Below, in pieces: positions 16,086 to 27,185 of a stretch of DNA of 32,000 nt. This DNA comes from Crocosphaera subtropica ATCC 51142 (GTDB lineage: Bacteria; Cyanobacteriota; Cyanobacteriia; Cyanobacteriales; Microcystaceae). The stretch's first letter is position 1. Every line of letters starts with the position of its first letter. The stretch spans positions 750,001 to 782,000 of the forward strand of contig NC_010546.1 in NCBI RefSeq assembly GCF_000017845.1, written 5' to 3'. The notes under the pieces were generated by a model. The model was not told the origin of the DNA. It ran no database searches and worked only from the letters and a program-made list of their open reading frames with translations. Position numbers and translations under genes: made by a program.

Positions 16086-18086
16086 ATGTCAATAGATTTA
16101 CTTAATGAGGGACTACAAGCCTTACAACAACAGCAATATTCCCAAGCCGTCAGTCTGTTAGGCAATTTTTGTCAACATTATCCCGATCGCAATTCTGACT
16201 TTTATGTTCAAGGGTTAATCGCCCTAGCAAGGGCTTATCGGGGTAACGGACAACAGGACAAAGCCATTACCCTGGCTCAAACCTTACAAAAGCATTCTAA
16301 CCGAGAAATTCAAGAATGGGCTAAAAGCTTTTTATCCATCGTTAATCAAGACGATATTAAGAAAAATGAACATAATAACGAGCCTGAGTTCACTAAAATA
16401 GCAGGAAGAGCGAGCCAAACCGGTGTCAGGTTAATGATGCCAAAAATCGCTGATAGCCTCAATTTTGCCTCTAGTTTCACCATCATTCTGTTGCTAGGGA
16501 TGGTTTTATCCCTGTCATTAGGAGTCTTTTTAATTTTTGATAGTCAACATCCACTGTTAGGGTTAATGATTTCTCTCGTCGTTACCTTGGTGTTTAATGG
16601 GGTGACATTTTTTCTGTCTCCCGTCATCATGGATTTTACCCAGGAGTGGCTTTATAAGACTCGTTGGGTCAATTTAGCCGAGATTAAGCGTCATAGTCCC
16701 GAAGCAGCGGAGATGATTTTACGGGTGTGTCGAGAAAAACAATTACCCCATCCCCGTTTAGGAATTATTGATGACCAAAATCCTACCGCTTTTACCTATG
16801 GTTCCCTTCCAGGAAATGCTCGTTTAGTGGTCAGTCAAGGATTATTTACTTATTTAGATGATGATGAAATTGCCACGGTTTATGCCCATGAATTAGGTCA
16901 TATTGTTCATTGGGACTTTGCCATTATGACCTTAGCTTCTACCTTAGTACAGATTACCTATTTAATCTATTTATTTGCTCGCCGATGGAGTCATAAAGGA
17001 AATAGCGATAATAAATTAAAAGATGGCTTAAAAATTGCTTCAATTGCTGCTTATATTTTCTATATTATTGGCACTTATTTAATGCTTTATTTATCCCGAA
17101 CGAGGGAATATTATGCCGATCATTTTGCTGCTGAAGTAACTGGTAACCCCAATGGATTATCACGGGCTTTAATTAAAATTGCCTATGGAATTACAGAAGG
17201 ATTTCAGAATAATTCAGAACCGAGTCGATTACTGGAAGGAACTCGTGCTTTAGGAATTTGTGACGGAAAAACTGCTGCTGCTGCCGGAACCATTTATCGT
17301 AGCAGTTCTGATGTTCAACGGTTAGAAAAAGTGTTTGTATGGGATTTATTTAATCCTTGGGCTAAATTAACCGAATTTAACTCAACTCATCCTTTAACTG
17401 GAAAACGAATTCAAGCATTATATACCTACGCCGAACAAATGGACATTGGTTCTCAGTTTAATATGGCAAGTGTTATCAAAGAGGGAAATAAGCTCGATAA
17501 ACAAAAATTGATGACAACTTTTTGCATTGAGTTAATTGTTAGCAATAGTCATATTATCGGGGGTATTGTTGGCTTAATTCTAACGATTTGTTTAAATAAC
17601 TATCAGCTATTGATTAGCTTAATTGCCTTGGGATTTGGTTCAGGATTTATTATTAAAACAATTCTTCTCTATCCTAACTTTAAAAAAGCTCAAGATTCGG
17701 ATATTTTTACCTTGATGTGTGATCCCTATGGTAGTCCTGTGAGGGGTCAACCTGTTCGACTAAAAGGTCAAATCATTGGCAGAGGAGAGGCTGGTTATAC
17801 CTTTGGTTCCGATCTAAAATTACAGGACAAAACGGGGATCATTTTTACTCGCTATGTCTCTCGTTTTGGTGCGATCGGTAACTTCTTTTTTGGGGCGACT
17901 CAAGTAGAAAAATTAATCGGCACTCCTGTAGGAACCCTAGGATGGTTTCGTCGGGGCGTTGCTCCTTGGTTTGATTTTATAGAATTATCTAACAAAGAAA
18001 AAATCGTCCACAGCTATCCTCGATTTGGTAAGTTATTTCTAGGTGTGATCTTCATCATATTAGGGATAGTATTGACTCATTTATGA
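16086..18086 (+). CDS. M48-family zinc metallopeptidase (HtpX/Ste24-like) with an N-terminal TPR-like region and a C-terminal membrane/beta-rich extension
   Basis: HExxH zinc motif in VYAHELGHIVHWD, a downstream Glu in TREYYADHFAA, and several TM segments. Length is 666 aa. Confidence 0.85.
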   Translation: MSIDLLNEGLQALQQQQYSQAVSLLGNFCQHYPDRNSDFYVQGLIALARAYRGNGQQDKAITLAQTLQKHSNREIQEWAKSFLSIVNQDDIKKNEHNNEPEFTKIAGRASQTGVRLMMPKIADSLNFASSFTIILLLGMVLSLSLGVFLIFDSQHPLLGLMISLVVTLVFNGVTFFLSPVIMDFTQEWLYKTRWVNLAEIKRHSPEAAEMILRVCREKQLPHPRLGIIDDQNPTAFTYGSLPGNARLVVSQGLFTYLDDDEIATVYAHELGHIVHWDFAIMTLASTLVQITYLIYLFARRWSHKGNSDNKLKDGLKIASIAAYIFYIIGTYLMLYLSRTREYYADHFAAEVTGNPNGLSRALIKIAYGITEGFQNNSEPSRLLEGTRALGICDGKTAAAAGTIYRSSSDVQRLEKVFVWDLFNPWAKLTEFNSTHPLTGKRIQALYTYAEQMDIGSQFNMASVIKEGNKLDKQKLMTTFCIELIVSNSHIIGGIVGLILTICLNNYQLLISLIALGFGSGFIIKTILLYPNFKKAQDSDIFTLMCDPYGSPVRGQPVRLKGQIIGRGEAGYTFGSDLKLQDKTGIIFTRYVSRFGAIGNFFFGATQVEKLIGTPVGTLGWFRRGVAPWFDFIELSNKEKIVHSYPRFGKLFLGVIFIILGIVLTHL

Positions 18087-18262
18087 GGTTGGATTGGTTC
18101 TTAGGCTCTAACTTAAGAATAACCAAACCTCCAAAAAAATTAAATAAAACAAAAAGGTAGCTAAATTGTAAACTTTTGATTATTATATACCAGTGTAAAG
18201 CAAGAATTTGTTTAGTAAGACAGATAAGTTTTAACTGTCGTTTAGATACCAAAACTATAGCC

Positions 18263-19153
18263 ATGAAACCAATTCTACTCAAATCTACTTTGACTGTGGG
18301 GAGTGCCTTGGCACTCTCTCAGCCAGTGACCGCAGCGAATTTTGATTTAGACACTCTAGTATCTGCTGGACCTGGCTCAACCTTAACTGATGACGGTATA
18401 ACCGTAACCTACGAAATATTCACTGCCGGAACGGGAGACTATCGAGGCTCGTCATCATTTCAAGCTAACATCCCTCTAGCTTTAACCAGTAGACCAACCA
18501 ATGACGGTAACGCTTTCGTTGGTGGAAACCCTGCTGTTAATGGTGCTGAGCCATCCGTCGTTAATATCCAGAATTATACTGTTTTGACCTTCCGCTGGGA
18601 TACTACAATCAGTTTTCTTAGTGGATTTGACATTAATGACTTTGACTTCGACCATAGCCCCCTTCCCGGACAAGGCTATCACGATGCAGCTGCGGTGATT
18701 GGGGAAAGAGCCAACGGAAGCTTTTTTAATGTCAGAGCTTCTAACATTGGGAGTGGGGTAGAGAGTTATGATGCGAACTTAACTGCCAACCCAGATGACA
18801 TTGTGCAAAACAGTGCTGTAACGATTCCTAATTTTCGGAGCAATGTTACTTCTGTCAGAGCCTATCGTAACAGCGATCATACTCCCAATACGGGACCTAT
18901 GAACCAATTGCCTACTGATCCTGATTTTACAGTGACTTTCCAAAATGATCTAACACGCATCGTCGCAGCGCATGTGCTGTACTGGAACGAAACTGAAGCT
19001 TCAAATAGCACAACGGCTACTATGGGTATAGGTTTTTCTAACGTGATTACGGTGGAAGAAGTTTTAGAGGTTCCTGAGTCTCCTACTTCAGCAGGCGCAT
19101 GGCTTCTCTTAGGCTTGGGAGGATTCTTTTTGAAGAAGACAAAGACGTTATAG
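18263..19153 (+). CDS. Secreted PEP-CTERM-sorting-domain protein, unknown function
   Basis: I prefer the ATG at 18263, which gives the signal peptide MKPILLKSTLTVGSALALSQPVTA/ANF. The C-terminus VPESPTSAGAWLLLGLGGFFLKKTKTL has a PE-x-P motif, a helix and a basic tail. The body is rich in Asn, Thr and Ser. Confidence 0.75.
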   Translation: MKPILLKSTLTVGSALALSQPVTAANFDLDTLVSAGPGSTLTDDGITVTYEIFTAGTGDYRGSSSFQANIPLALTSRPTNDGNAFVGGNPAVNGAEPSVVNIQNYTVLTFRWDTTISFLSGFDINDFDFDHSPLPGQGYHDAAAVIGERANGSFFNVRASNIGSGVESYDANLTANPDDIVQNSAVTIPNFRSNVTSVRAYRNSDHTPNTGPMNQLPTDPDFTVTFQNDLTRIVAAHVLYWNETEASNSTTATMGIGFSNVITVEEVLEVPESPTSAGAWLLLGLGGFFLKKTKTL

Positions 19154-19241
19154 TCGTCATAAACTTTCTCAAGGTCATTAGCAGACTTGAGAGGTTTATG
19201 TCTATAATCTGGGTAGTCTTGCTGTGTGAGGAAAAGACAAG

Positions 19242-20402
19242 TTGGTAAACAATTTCTTTAATAACCTACAGTATCTCTGTTGGCTACCCATTACTAGCGG
19301 AGCCATTTTTTCTATGGTGACTGTAACAACCGTTCAACGATTTTTCCAACACTCACCTAAAGAATATAACTTCACCCCCCCAGTATCTGTCTTGAAACCC
19401 GTGCGGGGTTTAGAAAAAAATCTTAAACGCAATTTAACAACGATCGCCACTCAAGATTATCCCAATTATCAAGTTGTATACTCAGTTCAGGATGCTCAAG
19501 ATCCAGCCTATCCTCTCTTAAAAGAGATCCAAAGAGAGTTTGGTAGCGATCGCATCTCTGTGGTGATCAGTACGGTTGAAGCAGGGGCAAACGGCAAGGT
19601 TAATAACCTGCTTGGAGCCATGCAAGAAGCCCGTCACGATATTATCATCATTAGCGATAGTGATACCTATTTACGACCTGATTATATTAAAAATATTGTT
19701 AATCCTCTAGCTAACCCCAATGTTGGCTGTGTCTGTACTCCGTTTAAAGTGACGCAAGCAGATAGTTGGTACGAAAAAATGGAACTTTTGACCATGAACG
19801 CCGACTTTATGCCCAGTGTCATGTTTGCAGAGGTAACAGGGGCTTCTAATTCTTGTTTAGGGCCATCCATTGCCATTCGTCGCTCAACCCTAGATAAATT
19901 AGGGGGTTTAGAAAGTTTAGCGGATTATTTAGTTGAAGATTATGAAATTGGACGACGGGTATGGACATCAGGACAAAAAATGGTTCTTTTACCCTATATG
20001 ATCGATGTGGTAGTAGATCTAAGTAGTTGGAAAAATTGGTGGAGTCATCAGGTATATTGGGATCAAAATACCTATTTAGCTCGACCTTCCGCTTTTATTT
20101 CAACAATTCTCATTCGTTCTATTCCCTTTGCTCTACTTTTTGCCTTATTAAGATGGGACATTATCGGATTAGGAGTCTTAGTCGCTACTATTTGTATCAG
20201 AATTATCACTGCTATGATGGTAGCCCAAGAAATGGGAGATAAAGAAACAATTAAGAGTTTATATTTATTGCCGTTTCGAGATGCAGTGGGTTTAATTTTT
20301 TGGGGATTAGCTTTTACTCAACGCACTGTTATTTGGCGTGGGGTTGAATTTAAGTTAACCAGTCATGGAAAAATGGTGAAACATCGCTTAATTCAGAATT
20401 GA
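19242..20402 (+). CDS. Membrane glycosyltransferase, ceramide-glucosyltransferase/HpnI-like (GT21/GT2)
   Basis: [14 protein letters not shown] (compare the UGCG LKPLKGVD motif), DxD-type IIISDSD, and several C-terminal TM helices. The track start is a TTG, so the true start is uncertain. Confidence 0.78.
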   Translation: MVNNFFNNLQYLCWLPITSGAIFSMVTVTTVQRFFQHSPKEYNFTPPVSVLKPVRGLEKNLKRNLTTIATQDYPNYQVVYSVQDAQDPAYPLLKEIQREFGSDRISVVISTVEAGANGKVNNLLGAMQEARHDIIIISDSDTYLRPDYIKNIVNPLANPNVGCVCTPFKVTQADSWYEKMELLTMNADFMPSVMFAEVTGASNSCLGPSIAIRRSTLDKLGGLESLADYLVEDYEIGRRVWTSGQKMVLLPYMIDVVVDLSSWKNWWSHQVYWDQNTYLARPSAFISTILIRSIPFALLFALLRWDIIGLGVLVATICIRIITAMMVAQEMGDKETIKSLYLLPFRDAVGLIFWGLAFTQRTVIWRGVEFKLTSHGKMVKHRLIQN

Positions 20403-20446
20403 CCTGGTTGTTGAATCTCTTCCCTTCCGAGAAGGGAGTCTCTAAA

Positions 20447-21376
20447 ATGCAAGAACTAACCGAAAAAATCAAACAAAAAGCCATTGAAATCGGCTTTCAC
20501 AAAGTTGGTATTGCTAAAGTTGATACTGAGTATCAAGATAATGCGGTGAATCGTCTTCAAGCTTGGTTAAGGTTAGGTTATCAAGCAGATATGGCATGGA
20601 TGAATAACCCAAAACGATTTGATATTCGTCAATGTATGCCAGAGGTTCAATCAGTCATTTCCGTTGCTCTTAATTATTATACGCCTCATCAACAGTCTGA
20701 GGATAAAAAACATGGAAAAATCTCTCGTTACGGATGGGGAAGAGATTACCATAAAGTAATGCAAAAAAAGCTCAAAGCTTTGAGTCAATGGTTAGATGAT
20801 CAAGATGATAATATGAAAACTCGTTATTATGTTGATACAGGACCCGTTCAAGACAAAGTTTGGGCGCAGCGAGCAGGAATTGGTTGGATTGCTAAAAATA
20901 GTAATGTTATCACCAGAGAGTATGGAAGTTGGGTTTTTTTAGGGGAAATTTTAACGAATTTGAACTTAATTCCTGATCCCCCTCATACAGAACATTGTGG
21001 CACTTGTACCCGATGTATAGAAGCGTGTCCTACTAATGCGATCGCTCGTCCTTTTGTGGTAGATGCTAATCGTTGTATTGCTTACCATACTATCGAAAAT
21101 CGAGCCGAGAAGCTTCCTGAAGCTATCGCCGATAATTTACAGGAATGGGTGGCAGGGTGTGATATTTGTCAAGAGGTGTGTCCTTGGAATCAGCGATTTG
21201 CTCAAGAAACGGATATCCCAGATTTTCAACCCTATTCTGGAAATATTGCCCCAGACTTAGAACAATTAGCCGATATGACGGAGGAACAATGGCAACAACA
21301 ATTTCCGGCCTCAGCATTGAGAAGAATCAAACCGACTATGTGGCAACGGAATGCTCGTGCTAACCTAGAAGAATAG
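20447..21376 (+). CDS. queG: tRNA epoxyqueuosine(34) reductase
   Basis: Two 4Fe-4S motifs ([12 protein letters not shown] and [11 protein letters not shown]), a conserved RYGWGRDYH segment and the [22 protein letters not shown] segment. The ATG at 20447 is preceded by GGGAG 8 nt upstream. The TTG at 20399 used in the track seems less likely. Confidence 0.9.
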   Translation: MQELTEKIKQKAIEIGFHKVGIAKVDTEYQDNAVNRLQAWLRLGYQADMAWMNNPKRFDIRQCMPEVQSVISVALNYYTPHQQSEDKKHGKISRYGWGRDYHKVMQKKLKALSQWLDDQDDNMKTRYYVDTGPVQDKVWAQRAGIGWIAKNSNVITREYGSWVFLGEILTNLNLIPDPPHTEHCGTCTRCIEACPTNAIARPFVVDANRCIAYHTIENRAEKLPEAIADNLQEWVAGCDICQEVCPWNQRFAQETDIPDFQPYSGNIAPDLEQLADMTEEQWQQQFPASALRRIKPTMWQRNARANLEE

Positions 21377-21495
21377 GGAAATTGACTTATTGGATTATAG
21401 TCACAGGTTAGGACTTTTTTGTTTCCCTATTTCCTTTTTGTATTCATTCACTGTTTCGTCCTACCCAAACAATGTGATCCTATACACCTACCCAT

Positions 21496-21510
21496 TCTAG
21501 ATTATCTAGA
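21496..21510. promoter_or_regulatory. 15-bp palindrome TCTAGATTATCTAGA (candidate operator)
   Basis: 7+1+7 perfect inverted repeat about 85 nt upstream of the HAD hydrolase start. Confidence 0.25.
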
Positions 21511-21595
21511 GTGGATAGTTCTATTCTTCATAGAAAAGAAAGGATAGAGATCATTCTTTTAGCACTCTTACTCTTCATTATTAACCCGCAAAAAA

Positions 21596-22324
21596 ATGAC
21601 ACTCAAAGTAATTGTTTTTGATTTTGATGGGACTCTGGCCGATACTTATGAGGCTTTTGTTACCATTGCCAATAGTTTATCAGAAGAGTTTGGTTATAAA
21701 CCTGTTAATAAACAAGAACAGGAAAAGCTTAAGCATTTAAGTGCCAGGGATCTGATTAAACAATCAGAAATCTCCCCTCTTAAGATACCTTTTGTTTTGA
21801 AGCGGGTCAAGTCTGAACTAACTCATAAAATTAAAGAACTTGAACCGATCAAGGAAATTCCTTATTGTATTAAACAATTAAAGAAGCAAGGCTATACCTT
21901 AGGAATTATCACATCGAATGCTGAAGATAATGTGCTTAGTTTTCTGGAAAATCATCAATTAGAACAATTTTTCGATTTTATTTATGCAGGAACGACTTTA
22001 TTTGGTAAACATAAAATTATTAAAAAATTACTCAAAGAAAAACACCTGCTTCCTAATGAAGTTGTGTATATTGGAGATGAAACAAGAGATATTAATTCCG
22101 CTAAAAAAAGTCAGATTAAATGTGTCGGGGTCACCTGGGGATTTAACTCTAGTGAAGCATTGGCAAAAGAAAATCCCGATTTTCTCATTAACAGTCCCTA
22201 TGAATTAATAACCATACTAGAGAATTATCGCTACAAAGTTTTAGATAGCGAATCTAGGAGTCTTCCCTTAACTATGGAAGAAGAATTAATCAAAAATCAA
22301 CCCTTGCTAATTCAGAACGAATAG
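21596..22324 (+). CDS. HAD-superfamily hydrolase (phosphoglycolate phosphatase-like)
   Basis: Motif I VFDFDGTLADT, motif II IITSN, and motifs III/IV K...YIGDETRDI. About 40 extra C-terminal residues follow. Confidence 0.85.
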   Translation: MTLKVIVFDFDGTLADTYEAFVTIANSLSEEFGYKPVNKQEQEKLKHLSARDLIKQSEISPLKIPFVLKRVKSELTHKIKELEPIKEIPYCIKQLKKQGYTLGIITSNAEDNVLSFLENHQLEQFFDFIYAGTTLFGKHKIIKKLLKEKHLLPNEVVYIGDETRDINSAKKSQIKCVGVTWGFNSSEALAKENPDFLINSPYELITILENYRYKVLDSESRSLPLTMEEELIKNQPLLIQNE

Positions 22325-22346
22325 CAAGGGGATATTTCCTAAATCT

Positions 22347-22907
22347 CTACCCTTTTTGTTTGAGGAAACCTAAAACTTGTCTTAGCTGTTTCTTGAGTAG
22401 ATCAATTTCCCCTTGCATGGTATTCACTTGTTCACGAAGAGAAATGATTTCTTGGGCCATAGCAGAGGTATCGCTTAAATTCCCTGTGGGTTGAGAAGTC
22501 GGTCCTTGTACTTCTTTGGGTTTCGGATGCTTTCTTGCTTTGGCCATCGCATCTTTAATGGCCTCAAGTAGCTGCTTTTTCTCGAAAGGTTTCTCAATAA
22601 AAGAAAAATATTCAAAGGGTTCATTCAGTTTTTCAACTACCTCCTCTTTTCGTCCTGACATCAAGACCAGGGGAATTTTTTTGAGATCATATTCTTTTTG
22701 CACTTCCTGGTAAACATCCCAACCACTCATTTTGGGGAGAAGGAAATCTAACATGATGAGGTTAGGTTTTTCGCTACGGATCAGATTGTATCCTTCAACA
22801 CCATCTTTGGCTTCAAGAACTTTAAAATTGCCTTCTGGCAACATATCTCTAACCCGCATCCGGATCACTTTACTATCATCAATGACGAGTATTTTATGAG
22901 TTGACAC
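22347..22907 (-). CDS. Single-domain (CheY-like) response regulator with a C-terminal coiled-coil tail
   Basis: GTG start preceded by GGGAG. Acidic pocket VIDDS, phospho-acceptor Asp in LIMLDFLLP, LMSGR and IEKPF. The tail is heptad-like (EIISLREQVNTMQGEIDLLKKQLRQVLGFL). Confidence 0.85.
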   Translation of the reverse strand: MSTHKILVIDDSKVIRMRVRDMLPEGNFKVLEAKDGVEGYNLIRSEKPNLIMLDFLLPKMSGWDVYQEVQKEYDLKKIPLVLMSGRKEEVVEKLNEPFEYFSFIEKPFEKKQLLEAIKDAMAKARKHPKPKEVQGPTSQPTGNLSDTSAMAQEIISLREQVNTMQGEIDLLKKQLRQVLGFLKQKG

Positions 22908-23111
22908 AGTAAACTCCCTTTCAAGCGTTAAGTCAATGGTTTTTGAGGTAATCGATCTTCACCCCTAGCGGTGATAGGTTGCTTATCCCTCTTTTTTAAG
23001 ATTCCCCAAAATTGTTTTAAACTAACAAGGACGAGACAAAAAGTCTGTGACAGTCTTTTCCTAAGCTAATTTATACTGGTGATTCAGAGGTTTTCTGGCA
23101 ATAATTACCAC

Positions 23112-23405
23112 TTAATTCGTTGCATTGGTTTGTTTTTCTGCTGCATCCACGGCACGATCAAAATATTCACCGGTTTTGTGAAATTTAACTTTAATGGTTC
23201 CTTTTTCTTTATCTCCTTTTAAACTTTTATACTCTTCTTTTTCGTTAGCAATAAATTGGCTGACTGTTTTATAAATAGTGTCTCTAGTATTGGTACTTAG
23301 GTTACCGACAGATTTGGGTAAAACTTTATCTCCTAATAAAATAAAAGCAATGACCAATATCATACTAATCTGTAAAATGACTCCTAAATTGATCGAAATT
23401 TTCAC
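23112..23405 (-). CDS. Hypothetical small membrane-anchored protein
   Basis: 97-aa ORF with a GTG start, an N-terminal hydrophobic segment (ILQISMILVIAFILLG) and a charged soluble part. No motif recognised. Confidence 0.4.
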   Translation of the reverse strand: MKISINLGVILQISMILVIAFILLGDKVLPKSVGNLSTNTRDTIYKTVSQFIANEKEEYKSLKGDKEKGTIKVKFHKTGEYFDRAVDAAEKQTNATN

Positions 23406-23514
23406 AATAATTTTCCTACAAAAACTAAACTAATTATTGTTTTTTTATAAAACCGTTATAGCTTCTTTTTTGACTTTAGGCCGTGAAATCCCTCAAAGAG
23501 AACTGTGATAAGGA

Positions 23515-23826
23515 TCACGGAATGATTGGCAGAGGCACAAAGGTTTTTAGCATTTTGCGAATTTTTAATAAAAAGATAAGATTTTGTAATTTTGAATCAA
23601 TTTCAGGAGGATAGGGTCTTTCTCCTATTTTTTCTTTAATTTGAGCATATTCTGCTGCAGTTAAGGGTTCTCCATTCATAGGCGATCGCCCTTCGGTGAT
23701 AATTTCTGTTCGCAAGACTTCTTCTGGAATGTCCTCTGGTGGAGGTAAAGCAACCCCAATCTCTAAAAATATCATCGGGAGAGCGACACTTAGGGGGATA
23801 ACCCGATAGAATAAGGGATAGGTCAT
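23515..23826 (-). CDS. Hypothetical membrane protein
   Basis: I prefer the ATG at 23826 (MTYPLFYRVIPLSVALPMIFLEIGVALPPPEDIPEEV...). It has one TM segment and a Pro/Glu-rich region. No motif recognised. Confidence 0.5.
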   Translation of the reverse strand: MTYPLFYRVIPLSVALPMIFLEIGVALPPPEDIPEEVLRTEIITEGRSPMNGEPLTAAEYAQIKEKIGERPYPPEIDSKLQNLIFLLKIRKMLKTFVPLPIIP

Positions 23827-24031
23827 AATTAGAATGCTTCTCTCAAACAAGTCTGAAGGTGAAAGGGCTATTATGAATCGTAACAATTTTTTCCTATAAC
23901 TATCGATAAACTTAACGATAATCGGTAGATTGTTCTAAGCAGGGATTCATGGCTTAACGTGAATTCACAATAAACTCAAAAGCTGATTATCTCGTTGTCT
24001 AAAAAACTCATAGTTTCGTTAAATATGATTC

Positions 24032-24087
24032 AACTCCGTTGCGTCGCACGACGTAGTCGCACTGCAAACCCCAAACCCCGAACCCAA
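24032..24087. repeat. Heptamer-phased dispersed element, copy C (reverse complement of the 6178..6219 type), flanked by AACCCC(A/G) heptamers
   Basis: The reverse complement reads GGGTTCG GGGTTTG GGGTTTG CAGTGCG ACTACGT CGTGCGA CGCAACG GAGTT. The core matches copy B except at three positions. Confidence 0.8.
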
Positions 24088-24170
24088 ATTCCTGAATCTA
24101 CACCTCAAAAAATAAACATTCTCATTTCAAGTTTAAGCAGCCTTTAACCCTTATGTGTTACAATTTTTGA

Positions 24171-26156
<1,986 letters not shown>

Positions 26157-26168
26157 GCTTAGTCCACT

Positions 26169-26193
26169 TTTGGGGTGAATTATTCGCCCCAAA
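26169..26193. terminator. Hairpin TTTGGGG-(11 nt)-CCCCAAA between the convergent gyrB and the 88-aa gene
   Basis: A 7-bp stem 13 nt after the gyrB stop. It could act on both convergent transcripts. Confidence 0.45.
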
Positions 26194-26217
26194 TTAATTA
26201 TGAATTAGCAATTTTTT

Positions 26218-26484
26218 CTAATTTATCCCAGTAATATGACGCAAAATCGTATCTAATTTTTGATTAATTTGATTAATTTCATTTCTGAACTCGATGAATT
26301 CTGACTGGAGATCATCAATTTTATCATTAAGATCATCAATTTCTTCATAAACTCGATCAAACCCTCTATTAAGCTCTCTACCTGTAATTTGTGTGTCTTC
26401 AAGACGTTCAATTCGTCGATTAAGACTTCTTAATTGACGATTAATTTCGTTATTTCTATCATTAGGTTCTTGAGCTTGTGTCAT
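26218..26484 (-). CDS. Hypothetical small coiled-coil protein (88 aa)
   Basis: Highly charged and heptad-like (RQLRSLNRRIERLEDTQ..., DDLNDKIDDLQSEFIEFRNEINQINQKLDTIL). No known domain recognised. Confidence 0.5.
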   Translation of the reverse strand: MTQAQEPNDRNNEINRQLRSLNRRIERLEDTQITGRELNRGFDRVYEEIDDLNDKIDDLQSEFIEFRNEINQINQKLDTILRHITGIN

Positions 26485-26750
26485 ACTAAAACGATCTCAA
26501 TTGATCGATACTAGATAGATTCTAAAATATTTGACTATTCTATTTTAACGTAATTGAAATTGAATAAAGCTGTGACCCTACTCCTGCCTTGTTTCAACTG
26601 TAACGTTTATTTTTCTCCAGGTACTTAACTATTGTTTGTATACTGTATTACCTTCTCATAGCAATTCATCAACAATTGAGAAGTTCCAATGTTATTTTAG
26701 CTATAGTTATAGGTGAATCCCTTTACACTATCTTTGAGGAAATAGCTTTT

Positions 26751-27047
26751 ATGGCATCAAATCAAGATAAAGATGACTTCTTCCATCCCCGTTATCCTTA
26801 TCGGGGGGAAGTTAAACCGGAAAATATAGTTTTTAATGCTAATTTGCAAGAGTTTGCACAAGAAGTTAGCTATATTTGTAACTTAGAAACAGCCGGAAAA
26901 ATTAAACCTGGACAAGCCTATCATAAAATAAAAGACCTTTGGAAAAAACTTAAACTATCTAAAGAGGAATTAAAAATAGGAGACAATTTATTTAATCAAG
27001 AGTTTGATGACAATGATGACGACAGCACAGAAAATGATAAATCCTGA
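26751..27047 (+). CDS. Hypothetical protein (98 aa) with an acidic C-terminus
   Basis: I prefer the ATG at 26751, preceded by GAGGA about 10 nt upstream. The sequence begins MASNQDKDDFFHPRYPYRGEVKPENIVFNANLQEFAQEV.... No motif recognised. Confidence 0.5.
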   Translation: MASNQDKDDFFHPRYPYRGEVKPENIVFNANLQEFAQEVSYICNLETAGKIKPGQAYHKIKDLWKKLKLSKEELKIGDNLFNQEFDDNDDDSTENDKS

Positions 27048-27185
27048 ATTAGTTTTTTCCTATGATCATACTTCATACGAGAGACCTCTAGCAGTCAAGG
27101 AATAAAGACACTACATTTTGACTCTAGAACATCACTAGAGTAAGTCATTACAGTTAAAATGTAGGTGACTCTATTTAGTATAAAG

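Noticed and set aside
18087-18135. Imperfect inverted repeat (TTGGTTCTTA ... TAAGAATAACCAA) after the M48 peptidase gene, considered as a terminator
   Set aside because: The stem is interrupted, and it is followed by an A-run rather than a U-tract on the relevant strand. That is too weak to annotate.
18176-18262. N-terminal extension of the PEP-CTERM protein ORF, and the antisense ORF at 18055..18282
   Set aside because: The ATG at 18263 yields a canonical signal peptide. The extension and the antisense ORF lie in AT-rich intergenic sequence of implausible composition.
20399-20446. TTG-initiated extension of queG that overlaps the glycosyltransferase stop
   Set aside because: The ATG at 20447 has a GGGAG Shine-Dalgarno at ideal spacing, and the conserved QueG sequence starts there. 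The extension contains the hairpin sequence. It is not fully excluded.
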